Of a stretch of 64,000 nucleotides of DNA, positions 62,676 through 64,000 are shown piece after piece. This DNA comes from an uncultured Actinomycetes bacterium (lineage in GTDB: Bacteria; Actinomycetota; Thermoleophilia; UBA2241), in NCBI GenBank assembly GCA_963755025.1, contig CAVWIH010000034.1, positions 128,001 through 192,000 on the forward strand, read 5' to 3'. Both the position numbers and the translations under genes were made by a program. The notes under the pieces were generated by a model. The model did no database searches and was not told where the DNA came from. It saw only the letters and a program-made list of their open reading frames with translations. Position 1 is the first letter of the stretch, and the number at the start of each line of letters is the position of its first letter.

Positions 62676-63170
62676 ATGACGGCAGCCACTGCCAGGAACA
62701 AGCGGAAGGCCATGAGTAAAGCCGAGCGTCACAGGCTGATCCAGACGGTCATCATGCAGCGCGAGGTGGCTACCCAGCGCGAGCTGGTCACCGCCTTGGG
62801 CTCGCTGGGCTGCGCGGTCACCCAGGCGACCGTCTCGCGCGACATCCGCGAGCTCGACCTGCAGAAGGTGCGCACGCACCTGGGGCGCGCCAAGTACGTG
62901 CTCTCGAGCCGCGAGCGCCCCAAAGACCCCGAGCAAGCCGCCGGCCACGTGCTGCGCGACTTCGCGCGCTCGGCCGCCGTCGCCCAGAACCTCGTGGTGG
63001 TGCGCTGCGAGATCGGCACCGCCACCACCGTCGCCCGCCAGATCGACAACCTGAACCACTCCGACGTGGTCGGCACGCTGGCCGGCGACGACACGTTCCT
63101 GATCATCGTCAAAGACCACGCCACGGCCCTCGAGATGCAGCGCTATATCGACCGTCTCCGAGAGGCCTAG
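62676..63170 (+). CDS. argR: Arginine repressor (alternative start 62712)
   Basis: [27 protein letters not shown]; ends in TAG. Confidence 0.95.
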   Translation: MTAATARNKRKAMSKAERHRLIQTVIMQREVATQRELVTALGSLGCAVTQATVSRDIRELDLQKVRTHLGRAKYVLSSRERPKDPEQAAGHVLRDFARSAAVAQNLVVVRCEIGTATTVARQIDNLNHSDVVGTLAGDDTFLIIVKDHATALEMQRYIDRLREA

Positions 63171-63355
63171 CGCGCAGGCACCTCTCTCGCGCGCACGCTA
63201 GCCGGCCGTCGGCGCACCCGTCGTGGGGCGCGGCGCCGGGCGGCGGCTCGAAAGAGCCGCCGCCCGGCGCCGCGCAGACCCCGCGGCGAGCCTTCGCCGC
63301 GGCGCTCGCCGTTTCGTTCTCGTTCGCATCTTTTCGACAGACAAGGGAGCATCAG

Positions 63356-64000
63356 TTGAGCAAGATCATCGTCCTCGCATACTCCGGCGGTCTCGACACG
63401 ACCGCCATGATCCCCTACTTGAAGGAACACCACGACGCCGACGTGGTGGCCATGCTGGTCGACGCCGGCCGCGTGACCGGCATCGACAAGCTCATGGAGC
63501 GCGCCAAGGCGGCCGGCGCCGTCGACGCCGTGGTGGTCGACGCCAAGGAGGAGTTCGCCCAGCAGTACGTGCTGCCCGCCCTCATGGCCAACGCCCTCTA
63601 CGAAGAGAAGTACCCGCTGGTGAGCGCGCTCTCGCGGCCGCTGATCGCCCGCAAGCTGGTCGAGGTCGCGCACCGCTACGGGGCCGCGGCGGTAGCCCAC
63701 GGCTGCACCGGCAAGGGCAACGACCAGGTGCGCGTCGAGATCGGCGTGCGCAGCCAGGATCCGCACCTCGAGTGCCTGGCGCCGGCCCGCGACTGGGGCA
63801 TGAGCCGCGAAGAGCTGCTCGACTACTGCGCGGCGCGCAAGCTGCCCGTGCCGCTCACCAAAAAGAGCCCCTACTCGATCGACGAGAACCTCTGGGGACG
63901 CACCAACGAGTGCGGCCTGCTCGAAGACCCCTGGGTGGCGCCTCCCGAAGACGCCTTCGAGGTCACGGTGAGCGCCGAGGCCGCGCCCGACCAGGCGCAG
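63356..64000 (+). CDS. argG: Argininosuccinate synthase, runs off window end
   Basis: TTG start with AAGGGAG RBS; VLAYSGGLDT, YPLVSALSRP, AHGCTGKGNDQVR, PYSIDENLWG. Confidence 0.95.
   Translation, partial: MSKIIVLAYSGGLDTTAMIPYLKEHHDADVVAMLVDAGRVTGIDKLMERAKAAGAVDAVVVDAKEEFAQQYVLPALMANALYEEKYPLVSALSRPLIARKLVEVAHRYGAAAVAHGCTGKGNDQVRVEIGVRSQDPHLECLAPARDWGMSREELLDYCAARKLPVPLTKKSPYSIDENLWGRTNECGLLEDPWVAPPEDAFEVTVSAEAAPDQAQ

Overview
GC-rich (~70%) bacterial chromosome segment. Gene order (thrS...infC-rpmI-rplT-trmH-pheS-pheT-argCJB-argR-argG), an ECF sigma/CU044_5270 pair and the protein styles suggest Actinomycetota, possibly Thermoleophilia-like (inference). Many single-base frameshifts, even in essential genes (thrS, pheS, pheT), point to long-read consensus errors. 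Main result: a methylamine-demethylation locus at 2.9-8.1 kb. Adjacent mtbB-like (dimethylamine) and mttB-like (trimethylamine) methyltransferase genes each carry an in-frame TAG at the known pyrrolysine position, while many other genes here (rplT, pheT, argR) end in TAG. Each amber codon is followed directly by a long imperfect stem-loop (~140 nt and ~110 nt, traced by hand) that coincides with a local drop in GC3, i.e. a candidate PYLIS-like recoding signal in a bacterium. Also present: a non-Pyl MttB paralog, two corrinoid-protein/UroD-family methyltransferase pairs, an ApbE/ferric reductase locus, a toxin-antitoxin/DUF2075 islet, an L20 leader RNA and several short tandem repeats. No pylTSBCD, tRNA, rRNA or CRISPR array was recognised in this window.
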